DNA of 32,000 nucleotides from an uncultured Candidatus Saccharimonas sp. (GCA_963528875.1 CAURWT010000003.1:1-32000), one strand, 5' to 3'. Positions 1-9,930 are shown, numbered from the stretch's first letter. A program made the numbers and translations. The notes: generated from the letters alone by a model not told the origin.

Positions 1-22
1 AATAGCACGGTGCCGAATTATA

Positions 23-52
23 AAAAACTCCTCCTAGTCGGTGGAGTTTTTT
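23..52 (+). terminator. Intrinsic-terminator-like hairpin with T-run, probably ending an upstream off-window gene
   Basis: aaaaactcc(23-31) pairs with ggagttttt(43-51); inner cc/gg pairs; followed by T-run. Confidence 0.5.
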
Positions 53-66
53 CGTATTGAGATTTG

Positions 67-96
67 TTGAAAAAATAATTGAGAGTATGATATAAT
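67..96 (+). promoter_or_regulatory. Sigma70-type promoter of dnaE with extended -10
   Basis: TTGAAA (67-72), 18-nt spacer, TGaTATAAT (88-96); the ATG at 105 is only 8 nt after the -10 and there is no SD. Confidence 0.6.
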
Positions 97-104
97 ATAA
101 ATAT

Positions 105-3100
105 ATGGAATTGGAGGAGAAAATAAAAACAACAAAAACTTTTGAAGAACTCGTTCCGAGTGATTTTGTGCATTTGCATACGCATACATATCACTCACTG
201 CTTGATGGCTTAACCAAAATTGATGATTTGGTTGATAATGTTAAAGCTAGTGGAATGGAGGCCGTAGCTATAACTGATCATGGAACAATGTCTGGTGCTA
301 TCGAATTCTTTAAAGAGGCAACTTCAAAAGGGGTTAAGCCTATTTTAGGAATTGAGGCTTATGTTGCAGCACGAACCAGATTTGATAGAGATCCAGCGCA
401 TGACAAGCCGCGTTATCACTTAGTCTTGTTGGCAAAAAACCAAATTGGTTGGCAGAATTTATGTTCGCTTACAACCAAGGCTTGGGTTGAAGGCCAATAC
501 TATAAGCCGAGGATTGATCATGATATTATGGCTGAGCATTCAGAAGGTGTTATTTGCTTGAGTGGTTGTGCTGGTTCTGAAATTTCGGAATCCATTCGGG
601 CTGGAGATTTCGAAAAAGCAAAAGAACTTGCTAACTGGTACAAATCGGTTTATGGTGAAGATTTTTATCTTGAATTACAAGACCATGGTCATCCAGAATG
701 TCCTAATCATTGGGAGGTTCAAAAAGAAATCAATGATGGTCTATTTAGGCTTCATGAAGAACTTGATATTCCAATGGTTGTAACTTGCGATTCACACTAT
801 TTAACCCATGAAAATCAAGATGCGCATGAAATCCTTCTTTGTGTTGGAACTGGCTCATATTTAAATGATGAAAAGCGAATGAGCCTAAAAGAATTTGATC
901 TTTTTGTTACTGACCCAAGAGATATTATCAAGCGATGGGGAAAAGTTGACCCTGAAATCATTTTGAATACCAAAAGAATTGCAGAAAAAGTTAATTTTGA
1001 GTTTGAATTTGGTAAGATTTTAATTCCAAAATTTCCACTTCCAGAAGGTGAAGAAAGTGAAAAAGGCTTTTTAGATAAGCTAGTTTTTCAAGGTTTAGGT
1101 GAAAGATATGCTGGAATTCCTGTTGATGAAGTGAAGAAGATGACGATTCCTGAAATTCGCGAGAAACTTTCGAAAGAAGTTATTGAACGAGTTGATATGG
1201 AACTTGGTGTTCTTGATGGAATGGGCTATAATGGTTATTTCTTGATTGTGCAAGATTTTATTAACTGGGGAAAATCTCAAGGAATTGTTTTTGGGCCAGG
1301 GCGGGGTTCAGCTGCTGGTTCAATTATCGCTTATGCCTTACATATTACTGATCTTGATCCACTTGAATATGACTTGCTTTTTGAAAGGTTTTTAAATCCT
1401 GATCGAATTTCGATGCCAGACATCGATGTTGATATTCAAGATACGCGTCGAAATGAGGTTATTCAATATTGTACTGATAAGTATGGTATTGATCGTGTGG
1501 CGAATATTGCGACTTTTGGTAAAATGATGGCGAAAAACGCCGTGCGAGATGTGGCGCGAGTTTTAGAGGTTCCTTATTCTGAAGCTGACCGTATGGCTAA
1601 ATTGGTTCCAGATCCAAACCAAGGAAGGCATATACCACTTCGAGTTTCGCTCGAAAATGACCAAGATTTAAAACATGAATATGAAACTAATCCAACTGCT
1701 AAAACTGTTTATGATTTTGCAATGCAGCTTGAAGGCACGATTCGAAACCACGGTGTTCATGCTTGTGGTGTTGTGATCGCGCCAGATGATTTAGTAAAAT
1801 ATCTGCCTCTTGAAATGGCACAAAAAGGTGTTGTGGCAACTCAAGTTCCGATGGGTCAGGTTGAAGATTTAGGTCTTTTAAAAATGGACTTTTTGGGCCT
1901 TAAAAACCTTTCAATTATTTCAACTGCACAAAAAATTGTCAAAAAAACATATGGTATCGATCTCGACCTTTCGAAACTTGGCCTTGATGATAAAAAGGCT
2001 TATGAATTATTAGCTCGTGGTGATTCGACTGGTGTTTTTCAGCTTGAATCCGCTGGAATGAAGCGATATCTGCGGGAGCTAAAACCTTCAAAGTTTGAAG
2101 ATATTATTGCCATGGTTGCGCTTTATCGACCTGGGCCAATGAGCGAAATTCCAAAATTCATTGCTCGAAAACACGGTGAAGAGCCAGTTACTTACTATGA
2201 AGATCATATGGAGAATGCTCTTAAAAATACTTATGGAATTTTGGTTTATCAGGAGCAGTTTATGCAGATTTCGAAGGAAGTTTGTGGATTTACTGGTGGT
2301 CAGGCGGATACACTTCGAAAGGCCGTGGGTAAAAAGAAAATCGACTTGATGAAGAAGATGAAGGGCGAGTTTATTGAGGGAGCGGTAAAACATTCTAATG
2401 CTGATCGAGGAAAGGTTGAAGCTTTCTGGGAACATTTGGAAGAATTTGCGAATTATTGTTTCAATAAGTCTCATGCGGCGTGTTATGCTTTAATTGCTTA
2501 TTGGACGGCCTATATTAAGGCGCATTACCCAGATGCTTTTATGGCGGCGCTAATGACGGCCGACTCTGATGACACCGACCGTTTGGCGATTGAGATTGCT
2601 GAATGCCGTTCTATGGGAATTGAGGTTCTTGGTCCAGATGTAAATGAATCATTTAAGGATTTTGCGATTGTGCCACACGAGAATAAAATTCGCTTTGGCC
2701 TTTTAGCGGTGAAAGCTGTTGGTGGAGGTGCGGTTGATGCAGTTTTGAATGCTCGAAAAGCTGGTGGAAAATTTACTTCAATTTTAGATTTTGCGAAACG
2801 TGTTAACGCTCGACAATTTAATAAAAAGGCCTGGGATTCATTAATTATGACTGGGGCTTTTGATCAATTCGGAACTCGCTCGGATTTGCTTTTTAATCTT
2901 GAAAGAATCCAGGAATATGGTTCGAAATCTCAAAAAGAGGCACTTTCAGGGCAGACGGATTTGTTTGGCTTTGCTGGTGCTGAAGATATGCGGGTTGAAT
3001 CATCGATTGAATTAATTAATGCACCGAAACAACACACCGATAAAGAGCGTCTAACTTGGGAGCGTGAACTTTTGGGTCTTTATGTCTCAGCACATCCACT

Positions 3101-3872
3101 CGACAGATATGTTAAATATTTTGAAGAGCAAACTCAACCACTTTCGCAGGTTCAACCGAATACTGATGGCCAAAAAGCAACTATTGGTGGAATCGTGATT
3201 GATGTTCGAACGATTATAACGAAATCTGGAACAAAAATGGCGTTTGTGAAGATGGAAGATAAAACTTCTGAAGGTGAGGTGATTATTTTCCCGAATCTTT
3301 ATTCTGAAATTAGCGAAAAGCTTAAAATTGATGCGGTTTTAAAAATTGAAGGAAAAATTTCCGCCCGCGACAGGGAAGGTAATTTGAAATCTGATGCTCA
3401 GATCATAGCGGAAACAGTTTCAATAATAACAGATGAGGAATTGGAAAATTATGAATCTACTGGCCGTAGGGCAGATGGCTTAAAGGCAAGAAAAGTTCCT
3501 CAAACGAAAACAGTTTCGCAAAAAGTTTCAAATACGCAGAAAAAGTCATTTACTCCTAAAAATAATAGTAGTGTGGTTTCGAATAGATCTTCAGAAAAGT
3601 CGACGTCAAATCCGTCAAAATCATCAGAAAACTATCAAGCCGAAAAAATACAAAGAGTCTTCGTTCATATTAAAAATCCAAGTGATCATGAATCATTACT
3701 TTCAGTAAAGAAAATCTGTGGAAAATTCCCAGGTATGAGTGAGATAATTTTGGTTCTTGGCGAGGTTGAGAAATCTGCAATTCGAATGCCATTTAAAGTT
3801 GACTCAAATTCAGATTTACCAAAAGAGCTAGTGAGATTACTAGGCGAAGATTGCGTTGTTCTTAAGGATTAA
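105..3872 (+). CDS. dnaE: DNA polymerase III alpha subunit (DnaE)
   Basis: 1255 aa. N-terminal PHP motif FVHLHTHTYHSLLDG, palm GPGRGSAAGS, fingers FNKSHAACYA, C-terminal OB-fold region. A Ser/Lys/Asn-rich low-complexity linker precedes the last ~70 aa. Confidence 0.97.
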   Translation: MELEEKIKTTKTFEELVPSDFVHLHTHTYHSLLDGLTKIDDLVDNVKASGMEAVAITDHGTMSGAIEFFKEATSKGVKPILGIEAYVAARTRFDRDPAHDKPRYHLVLLAKNQIGWQNLCSLTTKAWVEGQYYKPRIDHDIMAEHSEGVICLSGCAGSEISESIRAGDFEKAKELANWYKSVYGEDFYLELQDHGHPECPNHWEVQKEINDGLFRLHEELDIPMVVTCDSHYLTHENQDAHEILLCVGTGSYLNDEKRMSLKEFDLFVTDPRDIIKRWGKVDPEIILNTKRIAEKVNFEFEFGKILIPKFPLPEGEESEKGFLDKLVFQGLGERYAGIPVDEVKKMTIPEIREKLSKEVIERVDMELGVLDGMGYNGYFLIVQDFINWGKSQGIVFGPGRGSAAGSIIAYALHITDLDPLEYDLLFERFLNPDRISMPDIDVDIQDTRRNEVIQYCTDKYGIDRVANIATFGKMMAKNAVRDVARVLEVPYSEADRMAKLVPDPNQGRHIPLRVSLENDQDLKHEYETNPTAKTVYDFAMQLEGTIRNHGVHACGVVIAPDDLVKYLPLEMAQKGVVATQVPMGQVEDLGLLKMDFLGLKNLSIISTAQKIVKKTYGIDLDLSKLGLDDKKAYELLARGDSTGVFQLESAGMKRYLRELKPSKFEDIIAMVALYRPGPMSEIPKFIARKHGEEPVTYYEDHMENALKNTYGILVYQEQFMQISKEVCGFTGGQADTLRKAVGKKKIDLMKKMKGEFIEGAVKHSNADRGKVEAFWEHLEEFANYCFNKSHAACYALIAYWTAYIKAHYPDAFMAALMTADSDDTDRLAIEIAECRSMGIEVLGPDVNESFKDFAIVPHENKIRFGLLAVKAVGGGAVDAVLNARKAGGKFTSILDFAKRVNARQFNKKAWDSLIMTGAFDQFGTRSDLLFNLERIQEYGSKSQKEALSGQTDLFGFAGAEDMRVESSIELINAPKQHTDKERLTWERELLGLYVSAHPLDRYVKYFEEQTQPLSQVQPNTDGQKATIGGIVIDVRTIITKSGTKMAFVKMEDKTSEGEVIIFPNLYSEISEKLKIDAVLKIEGKISARDREGNLKSDAQIIAETVSIITDEELENYESTGRRADGLKARKVPQTKTVSQKVSNTQKKSFTPKNNSSVVSNRSSEKSTSNPSKSSENYQAEKIQRVFVHIKNPSDHESLLSVKKICGKFPGMSEIILVLGEVEKSAIRMPFKVDSNSDLPKELVRLLGEDCVVLKD

Positions 3873-3882
3873 AAGTAAAATG

Positions 3883-3911
3883 AAATCTCCAGTTAGATTC
3901 TGGAGATTTTT
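3883..3911. terminator. Bidirectional intrinsic terminator between convergent dnaE and eno
   Basis: aaatctccag(3883-3892)/ctggagattt(3900-3909), 7-nt loop, A-run upstream and T-run downstream. Confidence 0.7.
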
Positions 3912-3926
3912 AATTGTTCTGAATTA

Positions 3927-5204
3927 TTATTTTTCGAAAGGTTTTGCGAGTTCAAGTTCTGGGTGAGCTTCTGCAATTCGCATTAATTCATTATATTTTG
4001 CAATTCGATCAGTTCGTGAAAGTGAACCAGTTTTGATCTGTCCACAGCCCAATCCTACGGCTAAATGCGCAATTGTCACATCTTCAGTTTCACCTGAGCG
4101 GTGGCTCATAACAGTATTGTAGCCATTATTTTGTGCTAATTTTACAGCTTCGATTGTTTCTGTCAAAGATCCGATTTGATTTGGCTTAATAAGAATTGCG
4201 TTCGCAACACCTAAATCTATTGATTTTTGTAGAAGTTTTGAATTTGTAACCATTAGGTCGTCACCAACAAGCTGAATTTTTGAACCAAGTTTTTCGGTAA
4301 GAATCTTCCATCCATCCCAGTCATTTTCAGCTAAGCCATCTTCGATTGAAACAAAAGGATATTTCGAAGTTAGATTTTCGTAAAATTCGATCATTTCTCC
4401 GCTTGAAAGCACTGCATTGTTGGCTTTTAGATCATATTTTTCTTCTTTATAGAATTCACTTGAAGCTGGGTCTGAGGCAAAGGCGATATCTTTACCAAGT
4501 TCGTATCCAGCGTCTTTAATAGCTTCCGAAATCAATTTAAGTGGTTCTTCATTGCCGTTTTGAACTTTTGGAGCATAACCACCTTCGTCGCCAACAGTCG
4601 TTGGGTAATTTTTAGTCTTTAAAACTTTTGCTAAAGCGTGGAAAGTTTCTGCACCCATTTGAACTGCTTCGAAAATAGTTTTTGCACCAACTGGCATGAT
4701 CATGTATTCTTGAATATCAGTTGCCCAGCCGGCATGCGCACCGCCATTCATCACATTCATCATAGGAAGCGGAAGATTTGGCGCTGAATTTGTTTTTTCG
4801 GCGATATATTGCCAAAGTTCTAAGCCTTTCGCATTTGCAACAGCTTTTGCAGCAGCAAGTGAAACCGCTAAAATTGCATTTGCGCCAAGGTTTGATTTAT
4901 TTTCTGTGCCATCAAGTTCAATCATGATTTTATCGATTGCCTCTTGATCTTCGGCGTTCTTGCCGATTAGGGCTTCACGAATTTGATTATTTACAGCTGA
5001 AACAGCTTTTGTTACAGCTTTTCCGCCAAAAGCTGAACCACCGTCGCGAAGTTCAAGAGCTTCACCTGAACCTGTCGAGGCTCCACTTGGAACCGCTGCT
5101 CGGCCAAAAGCTCCGTTTTCTAAAATTACATCCGCCTCAACTGTTGGGTTACCGCGGGAGTCTAAAATTTGTCGTCCTTTAATGTCTTTAATTGTGTATT
5201 CCAT
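3927..5204 (-). CDS. eno: Enolase (phosphopyruvate hydratase)
   Basis: 425 aa. [15 protein letters not shown]-terminus, [11 protein letters not shown] and SHRSGETED signatures. Confidence 0.97.
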   Translation of the reverse strand: MEYTIKDIKGRQILDSRGNPTVEADVILENGAFGRAAVPSGASTGSGEALELRDGGSAFGGKAVTKAVSAVNNQIREALIGKNAEDQEAIDKIMIELDGTENKSNLGANAILAVSLAAAKAVANAKGLELWQYIAEKTNSAPNLPLPMMNVMNGGAHAGWATDIQEYMIMPVGAKTIFEAVQMGAETFHALAKVLKTKNYPTTVGDEGGYAPKVQNGNEEPLKLISEAIKDAGYELGKDIAFASDPASSEFYKEEKYDLKANNAVLSSGEMIEFYENLTSKYPFVSIEDGLAENDWDGWKILTEKLGSKIQLVGDDLMVTNSKLLQKSIDLGVANAILIKPNQIGSLTETIEAVKLAQNNGYNTVMSHRSGETEDVTIAHLAVGLGCGQIKTGSLSRTDRIAKYNELMRIAEAHPELELAKPFEK

Positions 5205-5210
5205 ATTTCC

Positions 5211-5239
5211 ATTTTAGCACCAAGAAAAGCCTTTCGCAA
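5211..5239 (-). promoter_or_regulatory. Promoter of eno (extended -10), apparently leaderless
   Basis: On the minus strand: TTGCGA (5239-5234), 17-nt spacer, TGcTAAAAT (5219-5211), then 6 nt to the ATG (5204). Confidence 0.6.
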
Positions 5240-5284
5240 GAGTTTTGTCTCAAAAAATATTATTTGCTAAAAATGACCAAACTA

Positions 5285-5293
5285 TGGTATAAT
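5285..5293 (+). promoter_or_regulatory. Extended -10 box TGgTATAAT upstream of the 5303 CDS
   Basis: TGgTATAAT at 5285-5293; ATG at 5303, 9 nt downstream; no SD. Confidence 0.55.
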
Positions 5294-5302
5294 TATTTTA
5301 AT

Positions 5303-6757
5303 ATGAAGATTTCTCGAAAGAAGGAAAATGCACTCGTCTTCTTTAAAAACCTTGCTATGACTACAACTGTTTTTGGTATTGTTTTAATTTTGGTTTTTTT
5401 AACGCAAGGCTGGCGGCTTGATGAAAAATTTGAAGTTCAACAAACTGGTTTAGTTCAATTTAATTCTTCAGTTTTGAATTCGATTTCCGAAATTGACAAA
5501 AAAAAATTGCCAGAAGGAACACCCACAAAAATACTCGCAAAACCAGGAAACCACGAATTTTCAATCTGGAAAGAAGGCTATAAAACTTGGTGGCGGCGTG
5601 CTGAAGTTAAAATTGACGAAATCTTGTGGCTAAATTATGCAAGATTAGTCCCTAAACAACTTAATGAAAAGAGCTTTTTAAATATTTTAAATTTAAAATC
5701 TGCCCAAGTTTCACCAGATAAAAAGAAGATCTTTGCAATTTCTGAAGACAATAATGGCGAAGCGGCTTTTTGGCTGATTGATATTTCTTTAAGTGATCCA
5801 AAAATCTCGAGAATTAATTTTAACTCGAATATTTTTGAGCGTGATTCGCAAAATAATAAAAGTATAAACCAAACCAATTTTTATAAAATTGCAGAAAATT
5901 TGCAATTTTCTAAAGCTTCAAATGATAATAAAAAAGCGCTCTTAAGTTTTAAAAATGGCAATAAACTTGAATGGCTTATTTTGAATTTTGAAAATCCAGA
6001 TGAATCTATTAATTTAACTCAAAAATTCCATATTGATTTTTTGAAAATTATACCTTCAAATGATGAATTAAATAAGCTTGTTGGAATTTCTGGATCGGAT
6101 TTACGAGAAATCAATCTTTCGAATAGTACAATTTCTGCGGCAATTTTGAGTAATGTTGTTGATTTTGAACTTTATGACAAAGAGAATATTGTTTATGTTG
6201 AGAAAAAAACAACGAGTAATGATTTTTCGGTCGGTCTTCGAAAAAATGATAAAAATATTGAGATTGCAAAAAATATAAAAAATCAACCAAAGGTTGCGAT
6301 TGGGCGATATTATCGAGAAAGTTACGTTTATATTGGGCAAGATTCAAAAATTGATATTTATAAATCTGCTAGCTGGACAGAAAAAATGCATTTAACCAAA
6401 ACGCTTAATTTGAAATTCTCGCCAGATTATTTAAAGCTAAATGGTGAATCTCGGATTCTGGTTGCGAAAAAGGGCAAAGATGTTTATTCTTTTGATATTG
6501 AAACGCGGAATAAATATCAGTTCTCGGTATCAGATGATGGTAAGATAAAATGGCTTGATGATTTTATCTTGGGTGATTTTGAAGGTGAAAGAATGGCAAT
6601 TTATGATTTTGATGGAATGAACAAACAGATTCTTTCGCGGGCAATTTCAAATCTTCCATTTACGCTTTCTAATGATAATAAATATATTTATAGTTTTATT
6701 CAGAATAATTCTGGCGGATATTCTTTAAACCGCTTAAAAATGACAATTGAAGAATAA
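5303..6757 (+). CDS. Membrane-anchored protein with a PEGA-like domain and a large beta-rich extracytoplasmic region
   Basis: Start chosen at MKISRKKE (the ORF track begins at 5192, inside the divergent promoter region). One N-terminal TM (TTTVFGIVLILVFL). PEGA-like stretch LPEGTPTKILAKPGNHEFSIWKEGYKTW. Confidence 0.7.
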   Translation: MKISRKKENALVFFKNLAMTTTVFGIVLILVFLTQGWRLDEKFEVQQTGLVQFNSSVLNSISEIDKKKLPEGTPTKILAKPGNHEFSIWKEGYKTWWRRAEVKIDEILWLNYARLVPKQLNEKSFLNILNLKSAQVSPDKKKIFAISEDNNGEAAFWLIDISLSDPKISRINFNSNIFERDSQNNKSINQTNFYKIAENLQFSKASNDNKKALLSFKNGNKLEWLILNFENPDESINLTQKFHIDFLKIIPSNDELNKLVGISGSDLREINLSNSTISAAILSNVVDFELYDKENIVYVEKKTTSNDFSVGLRKNDKNIEIAKNIKNQPKVAIGRYYRESYVYIGQDSKIDIYKSASWTEKMHLTKTLNLKFSPDYLKLNGESRILVAKKGKDVYSFDIETRNKYQFSVSDDGKIKWLDDFILGDFEGERMAIYDFDGMNKQILSRAISNLPFTLSNDNKYIYSFIQNNSGGYSLNRLKMTIEE

Positions 6758-6860
6758 AAATAATCTTTTTAGAATTTTATCTAAAAGCTGATGATAATAT
6801 TTATTTTTTGGTGTTTTTTTATTGATTTTTTACCGATTTTAATATAATATTTTAAATATT

Positions 6861-7646
6861 ATGAATAAAAAATCCTCTAGACTTTATTGCTTCTCGCCGA
6901 CCGTAATGCTAATTACTTTTATTTTCGAAAGTTTTTCAGCGGCATTTGCAATTTTTAAATATAAGCCAAGTAAAATTCGCACACTAATTATTTTACTCTT
7001 AATGAGTTTAGCGGGCTTTCAGGCGGCTGAATTTATGGTTTGCGGAACGGAACATTTTTCTGGAATGGATTGGGCTAGGTTTGGTTATCTTGCAATAACA
7101 CTTTTACCGCCACTTGGTTTACATTTAGCGCACGAAATTTCTGGTAAAAAAGCAGGTATTTTAGTAAAAACTTCTTATTTAACTTGTGTGCTTTTTTCGA
7201 TTTATTTTGTATTTGTAAGTAGAAGTGTTTTTACCGGAGAAAATACTTGTCGAGCGAACTATTCAGTTTTTAACACGCCAAATGGAGTTGCAACATTACT
7301 TTATACACTCTATTATTATGGATGGCTTTTTGTAGCGGTATTTTTCTGCTGGAGTCAGATTTTAAAAATGTCAAGAGAAAATAATCGTGGAATTTTGCGA
7401 ATATTTATTTCACATTCTAAGAAACTTAATGAAATTATAAATAGTGAAAACCTTCGAAAAATATCAGCTTTAAAATGGTTGATTAGTGGGTATATTGCAT
7501 TTATTTTACCAACAACAATTGTAAATATTGTAAACCCATCTACGATTGAGGGAATTCCATCAATTATGTGCGGCTTTGCAGTTTTGATGGCGATTTTTTT
7601 GATTGGATTTGTTACTCCAAGAACACTTGAACTAAAAAAGAAATAA
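6861..7646 (+). CDS. Polytopic integral membrane protein, function unknown
   Basis: 261 aa with about 6-7 hydrophobic segments. TATAAT at 6843-6848, 12 nt before the ATG, no SD. Confidence 0.7.
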   Translation: MNKKSSRLYCFSPTVMLITFIFESFSAAFAIFKYKPSKIRTLIILLLMSLAGFQAAEFMVCGTEHFSGMDWARFGYLAITLLPPLGLHLAHEISGKKAGILVKTSYLTCVLFSIYFVFVSRSVFTGENTCRANYSVFNTPNGVATLLYTLYYYGWLFVAVFFCWSQILKMSRENNRGILRIFISHSKKLNEIINSENLRKISALKWLISGYIAFILPTTIVNIVNPSTIEGIPSIMCGFAVLMAIFLIGFVTPRTLELKKK

Positions 7647-7674
7647 TCTTATATTTGTTGAAAAAACAAAAATA

Positions 7675-7683
7675 TGGTAAAAT
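7675..7683 (+). promoter_or_regulatory. Extended -10 box TGgTAAAAT upstream of the lipid kinase gene
   Basis: TGgTAAAAT at 7675-7683; ATG at 7693, 9 nt downstream; no SD. Confidence 0.55.
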
Positions 7684-7692
7684 AATACCAAT

Positions 7693-8637
7693 ATGAAGAA
7701 AAATCTTACACTTGTTGTAAATCCTCGTTCAAGCGGCTTCGAACTGATTCGAAAAAAGATTTTGCCTTTTTTAGATGAAACTCATTTCGAAAAAGGCAGT
7801 TTTAAAACTTTTGAAATTCAGCCAACTTCACCTATAGAAAACGCTCGCGAAATGGCAAAAGGTTTGGAAGATGATGATATTATTCTAGTTGCTGGTGGTG
7901 ATGGAACGGCGCATATTGCAGCAAATGCTGTGGCTATTTCTGGAAAAAAGAACATAAAAATTAAATTTACAGGATTCGGAAACTTCAACGATTATGCTCA
8001 TAGCTTTTCAAAAAATAGCGGAAAAGCGGCAATTCAGTCTTTCGAAACACTAAAGGTTCAAGCTAAAATTAGACCAATTGAATTGAGAATTAATGGTGAA
8101 TTTTTTAGATATGCACCACTTTATGCAACGGTTGGCTTGACTGCTGAAATGGCTGAAATTTTTGAAGGGGGAAGAATTCGAAAGGTTTTGAAAAAGGTTT
8201 ATAATCGAAATATACGGTTAATTCTTTCGCTTTCTGCTGCAACGCGATTTTATTTTAAACATTGCCGTAATCACATTTTAAATCTTTCGAAAATTAAAAT
8301 TAATGATGAAGATTTTTTAAATATTCCACAAAATCCAACTGATATTGTTTTTATGAATGGGCCAAGGATGGCGAGGATTATGCGAAGTTCAATTAATAAA
8401 AAATATAGCGATAATTTTGGATTTGAAGTCTTAAATTCAGCAGGACTTATACGGAATTCTCCATTTTTAATGAAAGGTTTTTTTGGTAAAATTCCGCTTA
8501 AAAGGGCTGATCGTGTAGAGATAGCTTTTCGAAAACCGCAAAATATTGTAATTCAAATTGAAGGCGAAGTTTGCAAAATTAAAAAAGTGCAAACTATTGA
8601 AGCGAAGATAAGCGATAAAATAATTGAGATTTTATAG
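7693..8637 (+). CDS. Diacylglycerol-kinase catalytic-domain family lipid kinase (YegS/BmrU-like)
   Basis: 314 aa; DAGK_cat signature ILVAGGDGTAHIAANAV near residue 65. Confidence 0.8.
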   Translation: MKKNLTLVVNPRSSGFELIRKKILPFLDETHFEKGSFKTFEIQPTSPIENAREMAKGLEDDDIILVAGGDGTAHIAANAVAISGKKNIKIKFTGFGNFNDYAHSFSKNSGKAAIQSFETLKVQAKIRPIELRINGEFFRYAPLYATVGLTAEMAEIFEGGRIRKVLKKVYNRNIRLILSLSAATRFYFKHCRNHILNLSKIKINDEDFLNIPQNPTDIVFMNGPRMARIMRSSINKKYSDNFGFEVLNSAGLIRNSPFLMKGFFGKIPLKRADRVEIAFRKPQNIVIQIEGEVCKIKKVQTIEAKISDKIIEIL

Positions 8638-8645
8638 AGGTTGAA

Positions 8646-9791
8646 ATGAACGAAATTGAGCTAACAAAAAAACTTATTGAAATCGAGAGCGTTTCTGGGA
8701 ATGAGACGGAGATTTTAGAATTTTTGGCAGATTTTTTGCGGGAGAATTCGACTGAAGTTTGGCAAAATAAAGATTTTGCGGCTGGTGTTTTAAAAATTAG
8801 AACAAATGGAAATGAGTTTTCAAAAAGTAGTCGAGCAATTATTTTGACGGGACACATTGATACAGTTTCGGCTGGTGATTTGCGAGCTTGGAAGAAATCA
8901 CCTTGGGAAGCGACTGAAATGAACGGAAAAATTATTGGCTTGGGCGCGAGTGATATGAAAGGTGGATTGGCGGCTCAATTTATTGCTGGTCTTGAATTTG
9001 CCAAAGAAAATAATTTCGAAAGTAATTTTGACCTTTGGCTAGTTGCAGTTTCGAATGAAGAAATTGATGGCCGTGGAAGTCGAAATTTTGTGAAATGGTT
9101 GAATGAACGAAAAGATTTTGATTATAGCGAATTTTTTGGAGTAATTGCTGAACCAACAAATTGTGAAAATATTGAAATTGGCCATCGTGGAAATCGTTTT
9201 GTTCGATTAAAATTTAAAGGCGAAAGTGGCCATGCTTCACAACAAGCGAATTTTCAGAAATCTGCACTTTCGAAAACTTCATCCTTTCTGTCACAAATTA
9301 ATGATATTTTTGAAAATTGGCAAGAAAGTTTTTCGAACGATTTTTTAGGTTCGCCAAGTTTAGTTCCAACTTCATTAAAAGCTGGTGAAGATAAAAGCCC
9401 AAATAAAACTGCACCTTCTGCCGAATTGATTCTAGATGTTCGAACCACGCCTGAACTCGACTCTGATTTTAAAAATGTCTTCGATTTATTGGCTGAAAAA
9501 TATGATTTTAAGTGGGAGTATCATAGTGAGCCGGTTCCTTCAAGCCTTGTTTCAAAAAAATCAAGGGTTATTGAAAATATTTTGAAGGTTTCAAAATTAA
9601 GTGAAAAATCGATTATGGTTAGTCCAGGAGCAACCGACCAGGGTGAATTTGTGAATGGGTTGGAAAATGCTCAAGTAGTTGTTTTTGGCCCTGGTGAATG
9701 GGATGAGGCTCATCACCAGAATGAATTTATATATATAGATAAGCTTTCGAAATATAAAACTTGGATTATTAATTTTTTGAAAGAATTTTAA
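8646..9791 (+). CDS. M20 family metallopeptidase (ArgE/DapE-like deacylase)
   Basis: 381 aa; LTGHIDTV, GASDMKGG, SNEEIDG, GHRG and HxxNEF motifs typical of M20 enzymes; SD gaggt 5 nt upstream (operon-internal gene). Confidence 0.85.
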   Translation: MNEIELTKKLIEIESVSGNETEILEFLADFLRENSTEVWQNKDFAAGVLKIRTNGNEFSKSSRAIILTGHIDTVSAGDLRAWKKSPWEATEMNGKIIGLGASDMKGGLAAQFIAGLEFAKENNFESNFDLWLVAVSNEEIDGRGSRNFVKWLNERKDFDYSEFFGVIAEPTNCENIEIGHRGNRFVRLKFKGESGHASQQANFQKSALSKTSSFLSQINDIFENWQESFSNDFLGSPSLVPTSLKAGEDKSPNKTAPSAELILDVRTTPELDSDFKNVFDLLAEKYDFKWEYHSEPVPSSLVSKKSRVIENILKVSKLSEKSIMVSPGATDQGEFVNGLENAQVVVFGPGEWDEAHHQNEFIYIDKLSKYKTWIINFLKEF

Positions 9792-9800
9792 TGGAAAGTG

Positions 9801-9829
9801 TTGACTTGAATAATGTTTTTTGGTAAAAT
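9801..9829 (+). promoter_or_regulatory. Promoter of tRNA-Gly
   Basis: TTGACT (9801-9806), 17-nt spacer, TGgTAAAAT (9821-9829); the tRNA starts at 9840. Confidence 0.7.
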
Positions 9830-9839
9830 TAAAACATAC

Positions 9840-9915
9840 GCGGGTTTAGCTCAGTTGTTAGAGCGCTTCCTTGCCATGGAAGAGGCCAGGAGTTAGAGTC
9901 TCCTAACCCGCACCA
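9840..9915 (+). tRNA. tRNA-Gly (anticodon GCC), CCA encoded
   Basis: 76-nt cloverleaf: acceptor gcgggtt/aacccgc, D stem gctc/gagc, anticodon stem cttcc/ggaag, loop ttGCCat, T stem aggag/ctcct. G1-C72, C2-G71, G3-C70 match Gly identity. Unusual U19/A56 and A73. Confidence 0.93.
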
Positions 9916-9930
9916 GAAATTGCTAATTAT

